Source: Bacteroidota bacterium (GTDB lineage: Bacteria; Bacteroidota; Bacteroidia; Bacteroidales; B18-G4). From it: 41,050 nt of DNA. Where the stretch lies: the NCBI GenBank assembly GCA_039714935.1, contig JBDLIJ010000001.1, positions 1 to 41,050 of the forward strand, read 5' to 3'. Both the position numbers and the translations under genes were made by a program. The notes below the pieces were generated by a model. The model searched no databases. It saw only the letters and a program-made list of their open reading frames with translations, and was not told the DNA's origin. Shown piece after piece: positions 16,492 to 26,987 of this stretch (positions within the stretch are counted from its first letter, which is position 1; each line of letters begins with the position of its first letter).

Positions 16492-17295
16492 ATGAGAAGA
16501 ATAGTACTATTGATCGCCTGTTTCATCCTATTTACATCGCATGAGCTGTTTCTTAAATCAAATTCATATTACCTGAAGCCCGATACAAACAGTGAATTGT
16601 ATCTGTACAATGGATCTTTCAATAAGAGTGAGAATACAATCAGCCGCGACAGGATCGTAAATGCCATGATCCTTGGTCCTGAATATAAATTCAGTCCATC
16701 ACCGGATGATTATCATGAGCAGGGTGAAGTTACTTATCTGAATTTTAAAACCGGCAATGAGGGCACTTATGTAGCTGGGATATCAACCTTACCCAGAGAA
16801 ATAGAGTTGAGTTCACAGGAATTTCTTGAATACCTAAAACATGGAGGTCTCCATGAAATGATCGCCGAACGTAAAGAAAAAGGACTCAGCGGCAAAGCTG
16901 CCAGGGAAGAATATTCAAAACATGTGAAAGCCATTTTGCAGGTTTCAGGAAAGAAAACAACTCATTATGATATTGCCCTGGGGTATCCAATTGAATTTAT
17001 TCCATTATCAAATCCATACGAACTGAAAATCGGTGATATTTTAGCAATCCGACTTCTTAAGGATGGAGAAGAATTGAAAAAGCAAACCATTCACTATAGC
17101 CTGCAAACACAAGCCGGTGAAGACCCTCTGGAGGTAAAGTCAACAAAGACCGATAAAGATGGTTTATTCAGTATAACAATAGATAAACCAGGCATTTGGT
17201 ATGTTGCTACTATTCATATGGAGGAAAGTAACACCCCCGGCATCGATTACGTTTCAAACTGGGCAACGCTTACATTTGAGATCAGGCATTCTTAA
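16492..17295 (+). CDS. DUF4198-family secreted protein (NikM-like metal-binding fold)
   Basis: A signal peptide is followed by 'HELFL' (the mature N-terminal His motif of the family). A C-terminal '[19 protein letters not shown]...' beta-sandwich region is also present. Confidence 0.6.
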   Translation: MRRIVLLIACFILFTSHELFLKSNSYYLKPDTNSELYLYNGSFNKSENTISRDRIVNAMILGPEYKFSPSPDDYHEQGEVTYLNFKTGNEGTYVAGISTLPREIELSSQEFLEYLKHGGLHEMIAERKEKGLSGKAAREEYSKHVKAILQVSGKKTTHYDIALGYPIEFIPLSNPYELKIGDILAIRLLKDGEELKKQTIHYSLQTQAGEDPLEVKSTKTDKDGLFSITIDKPGIWYVATIHMEESNTPGIDYVSNWATLTFEIRHS

Positions 17296-18475
17296 TGGCT
17301 GCAACACCCGGTAGTTCTTTTCCTTCAATATATTCGAGCATGGCACCGCCACCGGTGGAAACATAGCTTACTTTTTCTTTCAGGTCGTATTTATTGATGG
17401 CGGCTACAGAATCACCTCCCCCAATGAGCGAGAAGGCCCCTTTTTGAGTTGCTTCAGCCACGGCGATAGCAATGGCTCTGGTTCCTGTTTCAAAATTATT
17501 CATCTCAAACACACCCATAGGGCCATTCCACAGGATGGTCGCAGAATTGCCAATGGCCTCCTCAAATGCCCTGATGCTTTCCGGCCCAATGTCGAGACCC
17601 ATCAAGCCTTCTGGGACGGTGCCTGCATCAACCAGCTTCGTATTAGCATCATTATTAAAAGCGTCAGCGGCAATTGTGTCGGCAGGGATGTACAGGTTTA
17701 CGCCTGATTCCTTTGCTTTGTAAAGAGCTCTTTTCGCAGTGTCGATCAGGTCTTCCTCGACCAGAGAATTGCCAACACTCCCACCCATAGCCTTGATAAA
17801 TGTAAACATCATGCCCCCGCCAATGATCATATTATCAACCTTGTCAAGGAGGTTATTGATGATCTCGATCTTTCCGGATACTTTGGCGCCGCCAAGTATT
17901 GCAGTAAAAGGTCTTCCTGAATCATGAAGGACCTTATCAATGCTTTTTATTTCATTCTCCATGATATATCCAAATAGCTTATCATTGGGAAAGAACTGTG
18001 CAATGATGGCTGTTGAGGCATGAGCCCTGTGGGCCGTCCCAAAAGCATCGTTAACATATACATCACCCAGGGCGGCAAGTTTCGATGCAAAGCCTTCATC
18101 TCCTTTGGTCTCTTCTTTATAAAACCTGAGGTTTTCCAGCAGCAACACCTGCCCTGCCTGCAGTGCGCCGGCTTTTTCTTTTGCCTGTTCACCTATACAA
18201 TCATCGACAAAATCAAGCTCAACACCCAGCTCTCCGGAGAGATAAGGAAGCAGGTGTTGCAATGAGAACTTCTTCTCAGGCCCTCCTTTTGGCCTGCCCA
18301 GATGCGACATAAGAATAACCGCCCCACCGGAATCCAGGATTTTTCGGATGGTAGGAAGTGCAGCATCTATTCTAGTTGTGTCTGTGATCTCAAATCGCTC
18401 ATTGAGTGGAACGTTAAAATCAACCCTTATCAGGGCATTTTTTCCTTTGAAACTATAATTATCAATCGACTGCAT
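17282..18475 (-). CDS. pgk: Phosphoglycerate kinase
   Basis: The 397 aa product has 'RVDFNVP' and 'SHLGRPKG' and matches Pgk over its full length. Confidence 0.95.
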   Translation of the reverse strand: MQSIDNYSFKGKNALIRVDFNVPLNERFEITDTTRIDAALPTIRKILDSGGAVILMSHLGRPKGGPEKKFSLQHLLPYLSGELGVELDFVDDCIGEQAKEKAGALQAGQVLLLENLRFYKEETKGDEGFASKLAALGDVYVNDAFGTAHRAHASTAIIAQFFPNDKLFGYIMENEIKSIDKVLHDSGRPFTAILGGAKVSGKIEIINNLLDKVDNMIIGGGMMFTFIKAMGGSVGNSLVEEDLIDTAKRALYKAKESGVNLYIPADTIAADAFNNDANTKLVDAGTVPEGLMGLDIGPESIRAFEEAIGNSATILWNGPMGVFEMNNFETGTRAIAIAVAEATQKGAFSLIGGGDSVAAINKYDLKEKVSYVSTGGGAMLEYIEGKELPGVAAIKNA

Positions 18476-18580
18476 AGGATTGTATTTAATCGTTAAAAAT
18501 TAGCATTTGTTATGTCGCAAATTTATAAAAAGGAAACTAATTATCATTACATTTGCTTTGCTGCTAAACAATCTACTTCA

Positions 18581-19738
18581 ATGGCTAAATTTACAGGTAC
18601 CATTAAATCCAAGCTTCCCCGTACCGGGACTTCCATTTTCGCTGTAATGTCACAGCTCGCTCATGCACACAATGCCATTAACTTATCACAGGGGTTTCCT
18701 GACTTCGATGTTTCAACGGAATTGATTGGATTAATCAATAATTACATGAAAAAGGGTTATAACCAATATGCCCCTATGGCAGGCGTGCAATTATTAAGAG
18801 AGCGTATCTCCGAAAAAATAGAAAAATCCTATAACATTAACTATCACCCTGATAAAGAGATCACCATTACTGCCGGCGCTACGCAGGGCATATTTACAAT
18901 AATTTCCAGTATGATCAGGGATGATGATGAGGTGATCATATTCGAGCCGGCCTACGACAGTTATGCACCGGCTGTAGAGCTTAACGGGGGCATCGTAAAA
19001 TATGCACGCATGGAGCCGCCCGACTATAAAATTAACTGGGTGAAGGTGGCCCGCATGATAACTCACCGAACCAGGTTAATCATCATTAACACTCCGCATA
19101 ATCCTACCGGAAGTGTTTTAACTAAGGAGGACCTCCTTTCCCTGCAGCATCTCACAAAAAAAACTGATATTGCCGTTCTCAGTGATGAAGTATACGAACA
19201 CCTGATCTTTGATGGGAAATCCCACGAAAGTGTTTGTAAATACCCCGAATTGGCCGAAAGGAGCTTTATCACAGCATCATTCGGTAAAACTTTTCATGCC
19301 ACCGGTTGGAAGATGGGATACGTATTAGCTCCCGAAAACCTTATGAAAGAATACCGAAAGTCGCATCAGTTTGTTGTATTTGCATGTAACACTCCGATTC
19401 AATATGCAATGGCAGACTTCCTTGAAGATGAAAACAATTATAAAGGCCTGGGAGAATTTTATCAGAGAAAAAGGGATTATTTTGTAAATCTGGTCAAAGA
19501 TTCCAGGTTTGGGATCATCCCTTGCCATGGCACCTATTTCCAGCTACTGGACTATAGCAGGATCTCGGAGGAAAGCGAAATGGACTTCGCCACACGCCTC
19601 ATAAAAGAAAAAGGGGTCGGCACAATTCCAGTATCCCCATTTTATAACCAGAACGGGGACCATAAAGTGCTCCGTGTATGCTTCGCAAAAAGAGAAGATA
19701 CCCTGGAAAAAGCAGCTGAAATCTTATGCAGGATCTAA
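18581..19738 (+). CDS. Class I/II PLP-dependent aminotransferase, YbdL (methionine/glutamine transaminase)-like
   Basis: Motifs are 'INLSQGFPDF', 'NTPHNPTG' and the PLP-lysine context 'SFGKTF'. The ATG at 18581 gives an N-terminus that aligns with YbdL-type proteins, whereas the ORF-track start at 18512 adds 23 aa. Confidence 0.85.
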   Translation: MAKFTGTIKSKLPRTGTSIFAVMSQLAHAHNAINLSQGFPDFDVSTELIGLINNYMKKGYNQYAPMAGVQLLRERISEKIEKSYNINYHPDKEITITAGATQGIFTIISSMIRDDDEVIIFEPAYDSYAPAVELNGGIVKYARMEPPDYKINWVKVARMITHRTRLIIINTPHNPTGSVLTKEDLLSLQHLTKKTDIAVLSDEVYEHLIFDGKSHESVCKYPELAERSFITASFGKTFHATGWKMGYVLAPENLMKEYRKSHQFVVFACNTPIQYAMADFLEDENNYKGLGEFYQRKRDYFVNLVKDSRFGIIPCHGTYFQLLDYSRISEESEMDFATRLIKEKGVGTIPVSPFYNQNGDHKVLRVCFAKREDTLEKAAEILCRI

Positions 19739-20517
19739 CAATCACACTGGTTCAGACTACGCTTGCCTGGGAAGACCCGGATGCAAACATCTCGAATTTT
19801 GATACCTTGATGCAAAATTTCGATATAAGCACCGATCTGATCATCCTTCCCGAGATGTTCAATACCGGCTTTACCATGAATGCCAGACAAAACGCTGAGT
19901 TGATGGAGGGTAAGACCATGCAATGGATGACAGGAATGGCAAAAGATAAACAATGTGCAGTCTGTGGCAGCTTGATTATCAATGACGCAGGTGGTTTTTA
20001 TAACCGTCTGATATGGATGGAAGCAGATGGCAGCTACCAATATTACGATAAAAAGCATCTTTTCAGGATGGGCGATGAACATCTTCATTTCCATGCCGGT
20101 AATAAAAGGTTGATCGTTGATTTGAAAGGGTGGAAGCTTATGCCACTTATTTGTTATGACCTCCGCTTTCCTGTTTGGAGCAAAAACACATACCTTGACG
20201 GGAAATATGCTTACGACCTGCTGATATATATTGCAAACTGGCCCGCTATTCGTTCATTGGCATGGACTTCATTGGTCAAAGGAAGAGCCATTGAAAATAT
20301 GGCTTATGCAGCAGGTGTAAACAGAACAGGTAAAGATGGCAGAGCTTATGAATACACAGGAAATTCATTGCTTTCCGATCCGGGCGGAAAAATTCTCACT
20401 GATGCCGGCTCAAAGCCTGACGCTGTTATCACCACACAACTTAAAGCATCCAAACTCACTGATATACGTGAGAAACTTGGTGTTGGGAAAGATTGGGACA
20501 AATTTGAATTGTATTGA
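19726..20517 (+). CDS. Nitrilase-superfamily amidohydrolase, YafV (omega-amidase)-like
   Basis: The E-K-C triad contexts are 'LPEMF', 'YDKKHLF' and 'ICYDLRFP'. It overlaps the upstream aminotransferase gene by 13 nt. Confidence 0.85.
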   Translation: MQDLTITLVQTTLAWEDPDANISNFDTLMQNFDISTDLIILPEMFNTGFTMNARQNAELMEGKTMQWMTGMAKDKQCAVCGSLIINDAGGFYNRLIWMEADGSYQYYDKKHLFRMGDEHLHFHAGNKRLIVDLKGWKLMPLICYDLRFPVWSKNTYLDGKYAYDLLIYIANWPAIRSLAWTSLVKGRAIENMAYAAGVNRTGKDGRAYEYTGNSLLSDPGGKILTDAGSKPDAVITTQLKASKLTDIREKLGVGKDWDKFELY

Positions 20518-20608
20518 TTTTCAATGAATAAAAATAATAATTGCAAGGAAGTATTTGCTTTTTATGTTTTGTTTGTATTAATTTGGCAAGCGTTTATAAG
20601 ATGAAGTC

Positions 20609-21955
20609 ATGAATATTATTATTGCAGGTGATGGTGAAGTAGGATTACATCTGGCTCAGGAGCTTTCCTTTGAGAACCAGAACATTACTATTGTTGACCC
20701 TCATGAAGACCTGCTCAAGATGGTGGAATCGCATAATGATGTTATGGCGATCACAGGAGATTCAACATCCGTTGAGGTTTTAAGAAATGCCAATGTAAAA
20801 AAAGCAGACCTGCTGATTTCAGTACTGCATGATGAGCGAACCAATATTCTAACCGCAGCATTGGGCAAGCAACTGGGAGCAAAAAAAACCATCGCCAGGA
20901 TCAACAATCTTGAATATTTACGCCCTGAGAATGAGGAGAGATTCAAAAATATGGGCATCGATGCTATGGTATGCCCCGAAGATATTGTTGCTACAGAAAT
21001 TGCTACTCTGCTCAGTCAGTCAGCAGCTACCGAGGTCTTTGATTTTTCCGAAGGCAAGTTATACCTGTTCCTCATCAAGCTTGAAGAAAATGCTCCTGTT
21101 CTGAATAAATCTCTTAACGACGTTGTAGCCATGTATCCGCATCTTGATTTCAGGGCTGTTGCTATCCACAGGAGTTCTAAAACAATCATCCCAAAAGGCG
21201 ATGATATGTTTATGAATCAGGATCTCTCATACGTGATCACCAAGCCAGGTGGCATTGATGATCTGCTCAAGCTTGGTGGGAAACAAAAATTCGATATCAA
21301 AAACGTGATGATCGTTGGCGGAGGCCGTGTCGGGCGCACCACAGCCAGAAAGCTGGAACACTCCCTACATGTAAAGCTTTTAGAGGTTGATAAGGAAAAA
21401 AGCTTGTCGCTGGCTAATTCGCTCGAACGTACGCTGGTCATCAATGGCGATGCCAGAGACATTCACCTGATGGAAGATGAAGACATACAGGGCATGGATG
21501 CATTTATTGCAGTTACCGACAGTTCGGAAACAAATATCCTTGCCTGTCTTCATGCCCGTAAATTTGGTGTCAAACGCACCATTGCACTCGTTGAGAACAT
21601 TGATTATATAGATATTTCCCAGAATATTGGTATTGACACTATCATCAATAAAAAGCTCAGTACTGCAAGTTATATTGTCCGTTTTACTATGGATGCAGAA
21701 GTCACTTCCATTAAATGCCTGAGCGGCATCAACGCTGAGGTCATGGAATTGGTGGCTTATCCGCACAGTACCGTTACCAAAAAGCTCATCAGGAACCTGA
21801 ACATGCCAAAAGGAGCTATCATTGGCGGGATCATTCGTGGCGACGACAGCTTTATTGCCGTAGGTGACTTCCAGATAGAAGAAGGTGATAAGGTGGTTGT
21901 GTTCTGTATGCCGGAAGCCATCCACAAGGTTGATAAACTTTTTAAGAGGCAATGA
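20609..21955 (+). CDS. trkA: Trk potassium uptake system NAD-binding subunit
   Basis: It has two Rossmann repeats, 'IIIAGDGEVG' and 'VMIVGGGRVG', each followed by a TrkA-C region. Confidence 0.9.
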   Translation: MNIIIAGDGEVGLHLAQELSFENQNITIVDPHEDLLKMVESHNDVMAITGDSTSVEVLRNANVKKADLLISVLHDERTNILTAALGKQLGAKKTIARINNLEYLRPENEERFKNMGIDAMVCPEDIVATEIATLLSQSAATEVFDFSEGKLYLFLIKLEENAPVLNKSLNDVVAMYPHLDFRAVAIHRSSKTIIPKGDDMFMNQDLSYVITKPGGIDDLLKLGGKQKFDIKNVMIVGGGRVGRTTARKLEHSLHVKLLEVDKEKSLSLANSLERTLVINGDARDIHLMEDEDIQGMDAFIAVTDSSETNILACLHARKFGVKRTIALVENIDYIDISQNIGIDTIINKKLSTASYIVRFTMDAEVTSIKCLSGINAEVMELVAYPHSTVTKKLIRNLNMPKGAIIGGIIRGDDSFIAVGDFQIEEGDKVVVFCMPEAIHKVDKLFKRQ

Positions 21956-23415
21956 AAGACTGGAAGGGCATCAATGTAAAGGTAATCATTCGTGTAATCG
22001 GCTTTTTGCTCGTGGTTGAAGGCTTATTTATGCTGAGCGGACTTCCCTTTTCCATCTATTATTGCGAACAGGAGTGTTTTGCGCTCTTATATTCCGGGAT
22101 AATTACCATTATTTCAGGAGGAGTGTTATGGTTTTCAACACGTAAGCATCCAAAAAATATTGGACGAAAAGAAGGTTATGTTATTGTTACCGTCAGTTGG
22201 ATCATCATCTCTCTGTTTGGCACTTTACCCTTTATTATCAGTGGTGCGATCCCGAATTTTACCAATGCTTTTTTTGAAACCATTTCAGGTTTTACGACCA
22301 CGGGAGCAACGATACTTACCGATATTGAATCCGTACCGAAAGGGATCCTTTTCTGGAGGAGCATGACACACTGGATCGGAGGGATGGGAATTATTGTTTT
22401 TACGGTGGCACTACTCCCTATTCTGGGCATTGGTGGCATGCAGTTATATGTTGCAGAAATGCCCGGCGTGACAAAAGATAAACTACATCCACGAATTACC
22501 GCAACAGCCAAGCGTTTATGGGGTATATATGTGATCTTTACAGCACTTGAAACTATCTTGCTGATGCTAGGAGGAATGAGCCTGTTTGATGCTCTTTGTC
22601 ATGCCTTCGGCACCGTGGCAACAGGCGGATTCTCAACACATTCAGAAAGTATAGCGGCCTTCTCCCCATATATTCAATATGTCATCATTATTTTTATGAT
22701 CCTGGCGGGAACAAATTTCACACTGCACTACTTTTCTTTGCACGGACAGTTCAGGAAGGTATGGAAAAGTGAAGAGTTCAGATACTTCATATACCTTATC
22801 CTTATTGGCACGATCGGGATTACACTGGTACTGGCACTGAGCAAGGAAGGGATGTCAGCCGAAGAAGCATTCAGAACCTCCTTTTTCCAGGTTGTTTCCA
22901 TCATTACAACAACCGGCTACATCACCGATAATTATCTGAACTGGCCCGGGACGATATGGTTTTTTATTTTTCTGATGATGTTCATCGGTGGGATGGCAGG
23001 ATCAACCGGAGGCGGGATAAAAGTTGTAAGACAATTATTATTGCTTAAAAACAGCCTGCTGGAACTAAAGAGGCTTATCCACCCGCAGGCCATTATTCCT
23101 GTCAGAATGAATGGCAAAGTGGTGTCGCAGGATATTATCTTTAAAGTGATGGCCTTTTTTCTGATATATTTTATCGTCTTTATTATAGGCTCCTCAGTGA
23201 TGGCCTTGATGGGTCTGGATGCTCAAACAGCCATTGGTGCCACTGCAGCAACCATTGGAAATATCGGACCCGGGATCGGACATGTAGGCCCTGTTGATAA
23301 TTATGATTTCATCCCATATGCCGGCAAATGGGTCCTGTCATTTTTAATGCTCCTCGGCCGACTTGAACTTTTTACTGTCCTCATCCTTTTATCCCCTGCA
23401 TTCTGGAAAAAATAG
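21952..23415 (+). CDS. trkH: Trk/Ktr family potassium transporter membrane subunit
   Basis: It is polytopic with repeated pore-loop motifs ('GFTTTGAT', 'GGFSTH', 'TTTGY'). Its start forms an ATGA overlap with trkA. Confidence 0.9.
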   Translation: MKDWKGINVKVIIRVIGFLLVVEGLFMLSGLPFSIYYCEQECFALLYSGIITIISGGVLWFSTRKHPKNIGRKEGYVIVTVSWIIISLFGTLPFIISGAIPNFTNAFFETISGFTTTGATILTDIESVPKGILFWRSMTHWIGGMGIIVFTVALLPILGIGGMQLYVAEMPGVTKDKLHPRITATAKRLWGIYVIFTALETILLMLGGMSLFDALCHAFGTVATGGFSTHSESIAAFSPYIQYVIIIFMILAGTNFTLHYFSLHGQFRKVWKSEEFRYFIYLILIGTIGITLVLALSKEGMSAEEAFRTSFFQVVSIITTTGYITDNYLNWPGTIWFFIFLMMFIGGMAGSTGGGIKVVRQLLLLKNSLLELKRLIHPQAIIPVRMNGKVVSQDIIFKVMAFFLIYFIVFIIGSSVMALMGLDAQTAIGATAATIGNIGPGIGHVGPVDNYDFIPYAGKWVLSFLMLLGRLELFTVLILLSPAFWKK

Positions 23416-23445
23416 ATGCCGGAAGGCCGTCATGCGGAAATATAT

Positions 23446-23453
23446 TATCTTTG
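23446..23453 (+). promoter_or_regulatory. Possible -7 promoter box (TATCTTTG) for the LPS-core cluster
   Basis: It matches TAnnTTTG and lies 29 nt upstream of the ATG at 23482. The same 11-mer tattatctttg occurs upstream of lysS. Confidence 0.4.
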
Positions 23454-23481
23454 AAAACGTTCGCCATTCAAAAACCTGTAT

Positions 23482-24246
23482 ATGTCCAAGCTTTCAGCTG
23501 TAATCATCACTCTAAACGAAGAACGGAACATAGGTAGGTGTATCGATTCATTATCTGATGTTGCAGATGATATCCTGGTAGTGGATTCCGGGTCGACAGA
23601 TCTCACTGAAACTATCTGCAAGAAAAAAGGAGTACGTTTCTTCTTCCATGAGTGGGAAGGCTACCTTGAGCAAAAGAATTATGCGAACGATCTTGCTGAA
23701 AATCCATGGATATTATCAGTTGATGCTGATGAAGCTTTATCTAAAGAGCTCAGAGAATCAATTCTGGCTATTAAAAACGATCTGAAAGCAGATGGATATG
23801 AGATGAACCGCCTAACCAATTATTGTGGTAAATGGATCAGGCATGGCGGGTGGTATCCCGACAGAAAATTAAGGTTGTTCCACCGGGATAAGTTTGAATG
23901 GGGAGGCGAGCGGATACATGAAACTGTGGTAATGAAAATGGCTAATGTTCATATCTCCAGACTGAAAGGCGACCTGCAGCATTATTCATATTATAATATT
24001 TCAGACCATATCGCCCAGGCAAATCATTTTACCAACATGACTGCTGAACTTGCTGTTGACAAGGGGAAAAAAGCGCCCTTCCTCAAAATTATTTTCAGTC
24101 CCATTGTAAAATTTGTAAGGGATTATTTTATCAGGCTCGGGTTTCTGGATGGGTATTATGGATATATCGTATGCAGGATCTCTGCCCAGGCAAGCTTTAT
24201 GAAATATTCTAAGATCAGGCAGATCAGCAAAAGCCGGAAAAATTAA
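23482..24246 (+). CDS. Family 2 glycosyltransferase (LPS core, WaaE/KdtX-like)
   Basis: Motifs are 'SAVIITLNEERNI', 'VVDSGSTD' and the DXD motif 'VDADE'. Confidence 0.85.
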   Translation: MSKLSAVIITLNEERNIGRCIDSLSDVADDILVVDSGSTDLTETICKKKGVRFFFHEWEGYLEQKNYANDLAENPWILSVDADEALSKELRESILAIKNDLKADGYEMNRLTNYCGKWIRHGGWYPDRKLRLFHRDKFEWGGERIHETVVMKMANVHISRLKGDLQHYSYYNISDHIAQANHFTNMTAELAVDKGKKAPFLKIIFSPIVKFVRDYFIRLGFLDGYYGYIVCRISAQASFMKYSKIRQISKSRKN

Positions 24247-24256
24247 TCCATTGGAA

Positions 24257-25270
24257 ATGGAGGTGTACAATCGTATTATCATCAGCAGGACAGACAGCAT
24301 TGGAGACGTTATCCTTACCCTGCCGGTAGCAGGATTATTAAAAAGAAAACTTCCGGATTGTGAGATCATATTCATGGGTCGGTCTTATACACATGATGTG
24401 ATCATGGCCTGTGAACACATTGACAGATTCCTGAACTGGGATGATCTTAGATCCGGCAATGAATCTGACGCAATTCGGGCATTACAAGATATCCGGGCAG
24501 ATCTCATTATTCATGTGTTTCCAAGGCGGGAAATTTCAAGCCTCGCAAAAAAAGCCGGCATCCCTGCACGGCTGGGGACCACCAATAGATTATATCACTG
24601 GTATTCCTGCAATAAACTTGTACGATTATCAAGAAAAAAATCTGAACTGCATGAAGCACAATTAAATCTGAAGCTGGTAGAAAGTATTACCGGAGAAAGG
24701 AATATCGCCAAAAATGACATTCCCACTTTGTATGGACTTACAAGAACCGAATCCCTGAGCAGTGAGTTCCTGCATTTATCAGATACACCAGGAAATAAGA
24801 TTGTCCTCCACCCAAAATCAAAAGGCAGTGCAAGGGAATGGGGTATTGATAACTTCATAAAACTTATTGATATCCTCCCGGAGGAAAAATTCAAAATCTT
24901 CATCAGCGGCACGAAAGAAGAAGGTGAATTGATTAGAAATTCAGGCATTTTTGATGCTGATCATGTCATCGACCTGACCGGGAAAATGTCGCTGCAACAA
25001 CTGATGAGTTTCATTAAAAGTTGTGATTGTCTTATTGCAGCAAGTACAGGGCCATTGCACCTGGCTGCTGCCCTGGGCACTTGTGCCATTGGAATATATC
25101 CGCCTATCAAGCCGATGCATCCCGGCAGATGGGCTCCTATCGGGGAAAAAGCGGAATTTTTAGTGAAAGAAAAAAAATGCAATGATTGCCGCAAACAGGG
25201 GCCCTGCCATTGCATGCAAGACATCCGGCCTGAAGATGTTAAAAAACAAATACTTCGGATATCGCATTAA
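24257..25270 (+). CDS. Family 9 glycosyltransferase (heptosyltransferase-like)
   Basis: The N-terminus has 'SRTDSIGDVILTLP' and the C-terminus has 'STGPLHLAAALG'. A TTG at 24251 is an alternative start. Confidence 0.85.
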   Translation: MEVYNRIIISRTDSIGDVILTLPVAGLLKRKLPDCEIIFMGRSYTHDVIMACEHIDRFLNWDDLRSGNESDAIRALQDIRADLIIHVFPRREISSLAKKAGIPARLGTTNRLYHWYSCNKLVRLSRKKSELHEAQLNLKLVESITGERNIAKNDIPTLYGLTRTESLSSEFLHLSDTPGNKIVLHPKSKGSAREWGIDNFIKLIDILPEEKFKIFISGTKEEGELIRNSGIFDADHVIDLTGKMSLQQLMSFIKSCDCLIAASTGPLHLAAALGTCAIGIYPPIKPMHPGRWAPIGEKAEFLVKEKKCNDCRKQGPCHCMQDIRPEDVKKQILRISH

Positions 25271-25301
25271 ATATGTATTATTGAACATTGAATAGGTAGT
25301 T

Positions 25302-26981
25302 TTGAGCGACAGCACTACACATATTAAATCCAGGGATCTGCTTCCCCACTTGTACTTCTGGGGACTGGTGCTGATGGCTATATCGCTCCCGTTTTCCAAA
25401 TTCATGATGAGTGTACTGCAGTTTACCTTGTCAGGGATCCTTATCCTCGAATTTATGTCACTGGAAAAGGTCCACAAGTTTGTAAATAAATATCCTTATT
25501 ATATCAGTATTTTCCTGATTTTGCCGGCCATCATAATCTGGATAGCTGAAAGCCTTGGAAAGATATTATTACAATTCCTGCGCAAAGAGAACCTTCCGGC
25601 AATAGTTTTTACATCTTTATATATTCTTCATGTCACAGGATTATTATTCACCATAGATTTTGACTATGCCCTGAAAGATCTTCGCATTAAATTGCCTCTT
25701 ATCGTTCTGCCGGTAATTTTTTCAGTTTCAGGTTCTTTGGATAAAAAGAAATTTCACACATTAATGCTGTTTTTCTCAGCTGCAGTGATCGTGGGCACTT
25801 TTGTGAGTACTTACATACTGTTTACACAGGAAATTGGAGACCTGAGAGATATTTCCATCTTTATCTCTCATATCCGGTTCAGCCTGCTGATCAGTATTGC
25901 TATATTTACACTGGCATACTTAACCACCAGAAAGGACTTATATAAACGATACTTCCGTGTCCTCTTTATGCTTTTCACAGTATGGCTCATTCTATATCTT
26001 CTCCTGTCGGCTTCAATGACCGGGCTGGTTGTTCTATTTATTGCTGTTTTTGTTATGGCAATAAACTACTCCCTGAAGAAAAAAAACCTGTATTCCCGAA
26101 TTGCTACCGTCATATTGCTTCTGACCCCTGTGGTTATTACCGTATTTATTATGGGTATCATTACAGATGTTTATAAGGTTCACATAGTAGATTTTTCACA
26201 ACTTGATAAACAAACTGCAGCCGGGGCTTACTACTGGCATGATACAAGTAATCTGCAAACGGAAAATGGTCATTATGTTTGGCTTTATGTCGCTACTGAT
26301 GAATTAAGAAGTGCCTGGAATAATCGAAGTTCAATTGATTTTGATGGTAAAGACAATAAAGAACAAGAGCTTAAGCATACACTGATCCGCTACCTGACAT
26401 CCAAAGGCTTTAGAAAAGATGCTGCAGGCGTTGAGCAACTGTCACCAAACGACATTGCCCTCATTGAAAACGGAGAAGCCAGCAGCCACTATCATGAGCG
26501 GTCTGTCTTTTATATTCGCCTGTATAAGATTATCTGGGAAACCCAACAGTATTTTCGTACAGGTAATCCTTCCGGGCACTCTGCCATGCAACGCATTGAA
26601 TATTGGAAGACATCCATGATGATCATCAAACAGCATCCGGTTTTCGGAGTGGGAACGGGAGATATGAACATTGCGTTCGAAAATCAATATGAACTAATGA
26701 ACAGCCCATTACATCCCGAATTCCGTTGGCGATCACATAATCAGTTCCTTTCAATTACAGTGGGTTTCGGAATCATCGGGATCATCTGGTTTCTGGTGGT
26801 TCTTATATATCCTCCAATTAAAACCGGCAGGATGACAGACTTCTTTTACCTGGCATTTTTTGTGATCATGATAGTGTCAATGGTTTCAGAGGATACTATT
26901 GAAACCCAGACCGGCGTGACAACATTTGCATTTTTCACCTCCCTTTTCCTCTTTGGGAAAAAAGACAAATCCACGATCTAG
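25302..26981 (+). CDS. O-antigen ligase (Wzy_C/WaaL)-family membrane protein
   Basis: It has 10 or more TM segments, a large soluble loop and a 'RSHNQFLSI' region. The start is uncertain, being TTG at 25302 with the next in-frame ATG at 25374. Confidence 0.75.
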   Translation: MSDSTTHIKSRDLLPHLYFWGLVLMAISLPFSKFMMSVLQFTLSGILILEFMSLEKVHKFVNKYPYYISIFLILPAIIIWIAESLGKILLQFLRKENLPAIVFTSLYILHVTGLLFTIDFDYALKDLRIKLPLIVLPVIFSVSGSLDKKKFHTLMLFFSAAVIVGTFVSTYILFTQEIGDLRDISIFISHIRFSLLISIAIFTLAYLTTRKDLYKRYFRVLFMLFTVWLILYLLLSASMTGLVVLFIAVFVMAINYSLKKKNLYSRIATVILLLTPVVITVFIMGIITDVYKVHIVDFSQLDKQTAAGAYYWHDTSNLQTENGHYVWLYVATDELRSAWNNRSSIDFDGKDNKEQELKHTLIRYLTSKGFRKDAAGVEQLSPNDIALIENGEASSHYHERSVFYIRLYKIIWETQQYFRTGNPSGHSAMQRIEYWKTSMMIIKQHPVFGVGTGDMNIAFENQYELMNSPLHPEFRWRSHNQFLSITVGFGIIGIIWFLVVLIYPPIKTGRMTDFFYLAFFVIMIVSMVSEDTIETQTGVTTFAFFTSLFLFGKKDKSTI

Positions 26982-26987
26982 GAAAAT

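Noticed and set aside
18512-18580. ORF-track N-terminal extensions (18512, 16306, 1947, 34953, 19, 34097)
   Set aside because: These upstream starts are mostly TTG/GTG or add residues that do not align with the conserved N-termini of the families. Downstream ATG starts are preferred, although this cannot be proven without experimental data.
25172-26090. A8 homopolymer tracts in the GT9 gene (about 25173-25180) and the O-antigen ligase gene (about 26081-26088) as slipped-strand phase-variation switches
   Set aside because: They are short Lys-codon runs (KEKK, KKKN) in an AT-rich genome. Both genes are intact, and eight As is below the length usually associated with efficient switching.
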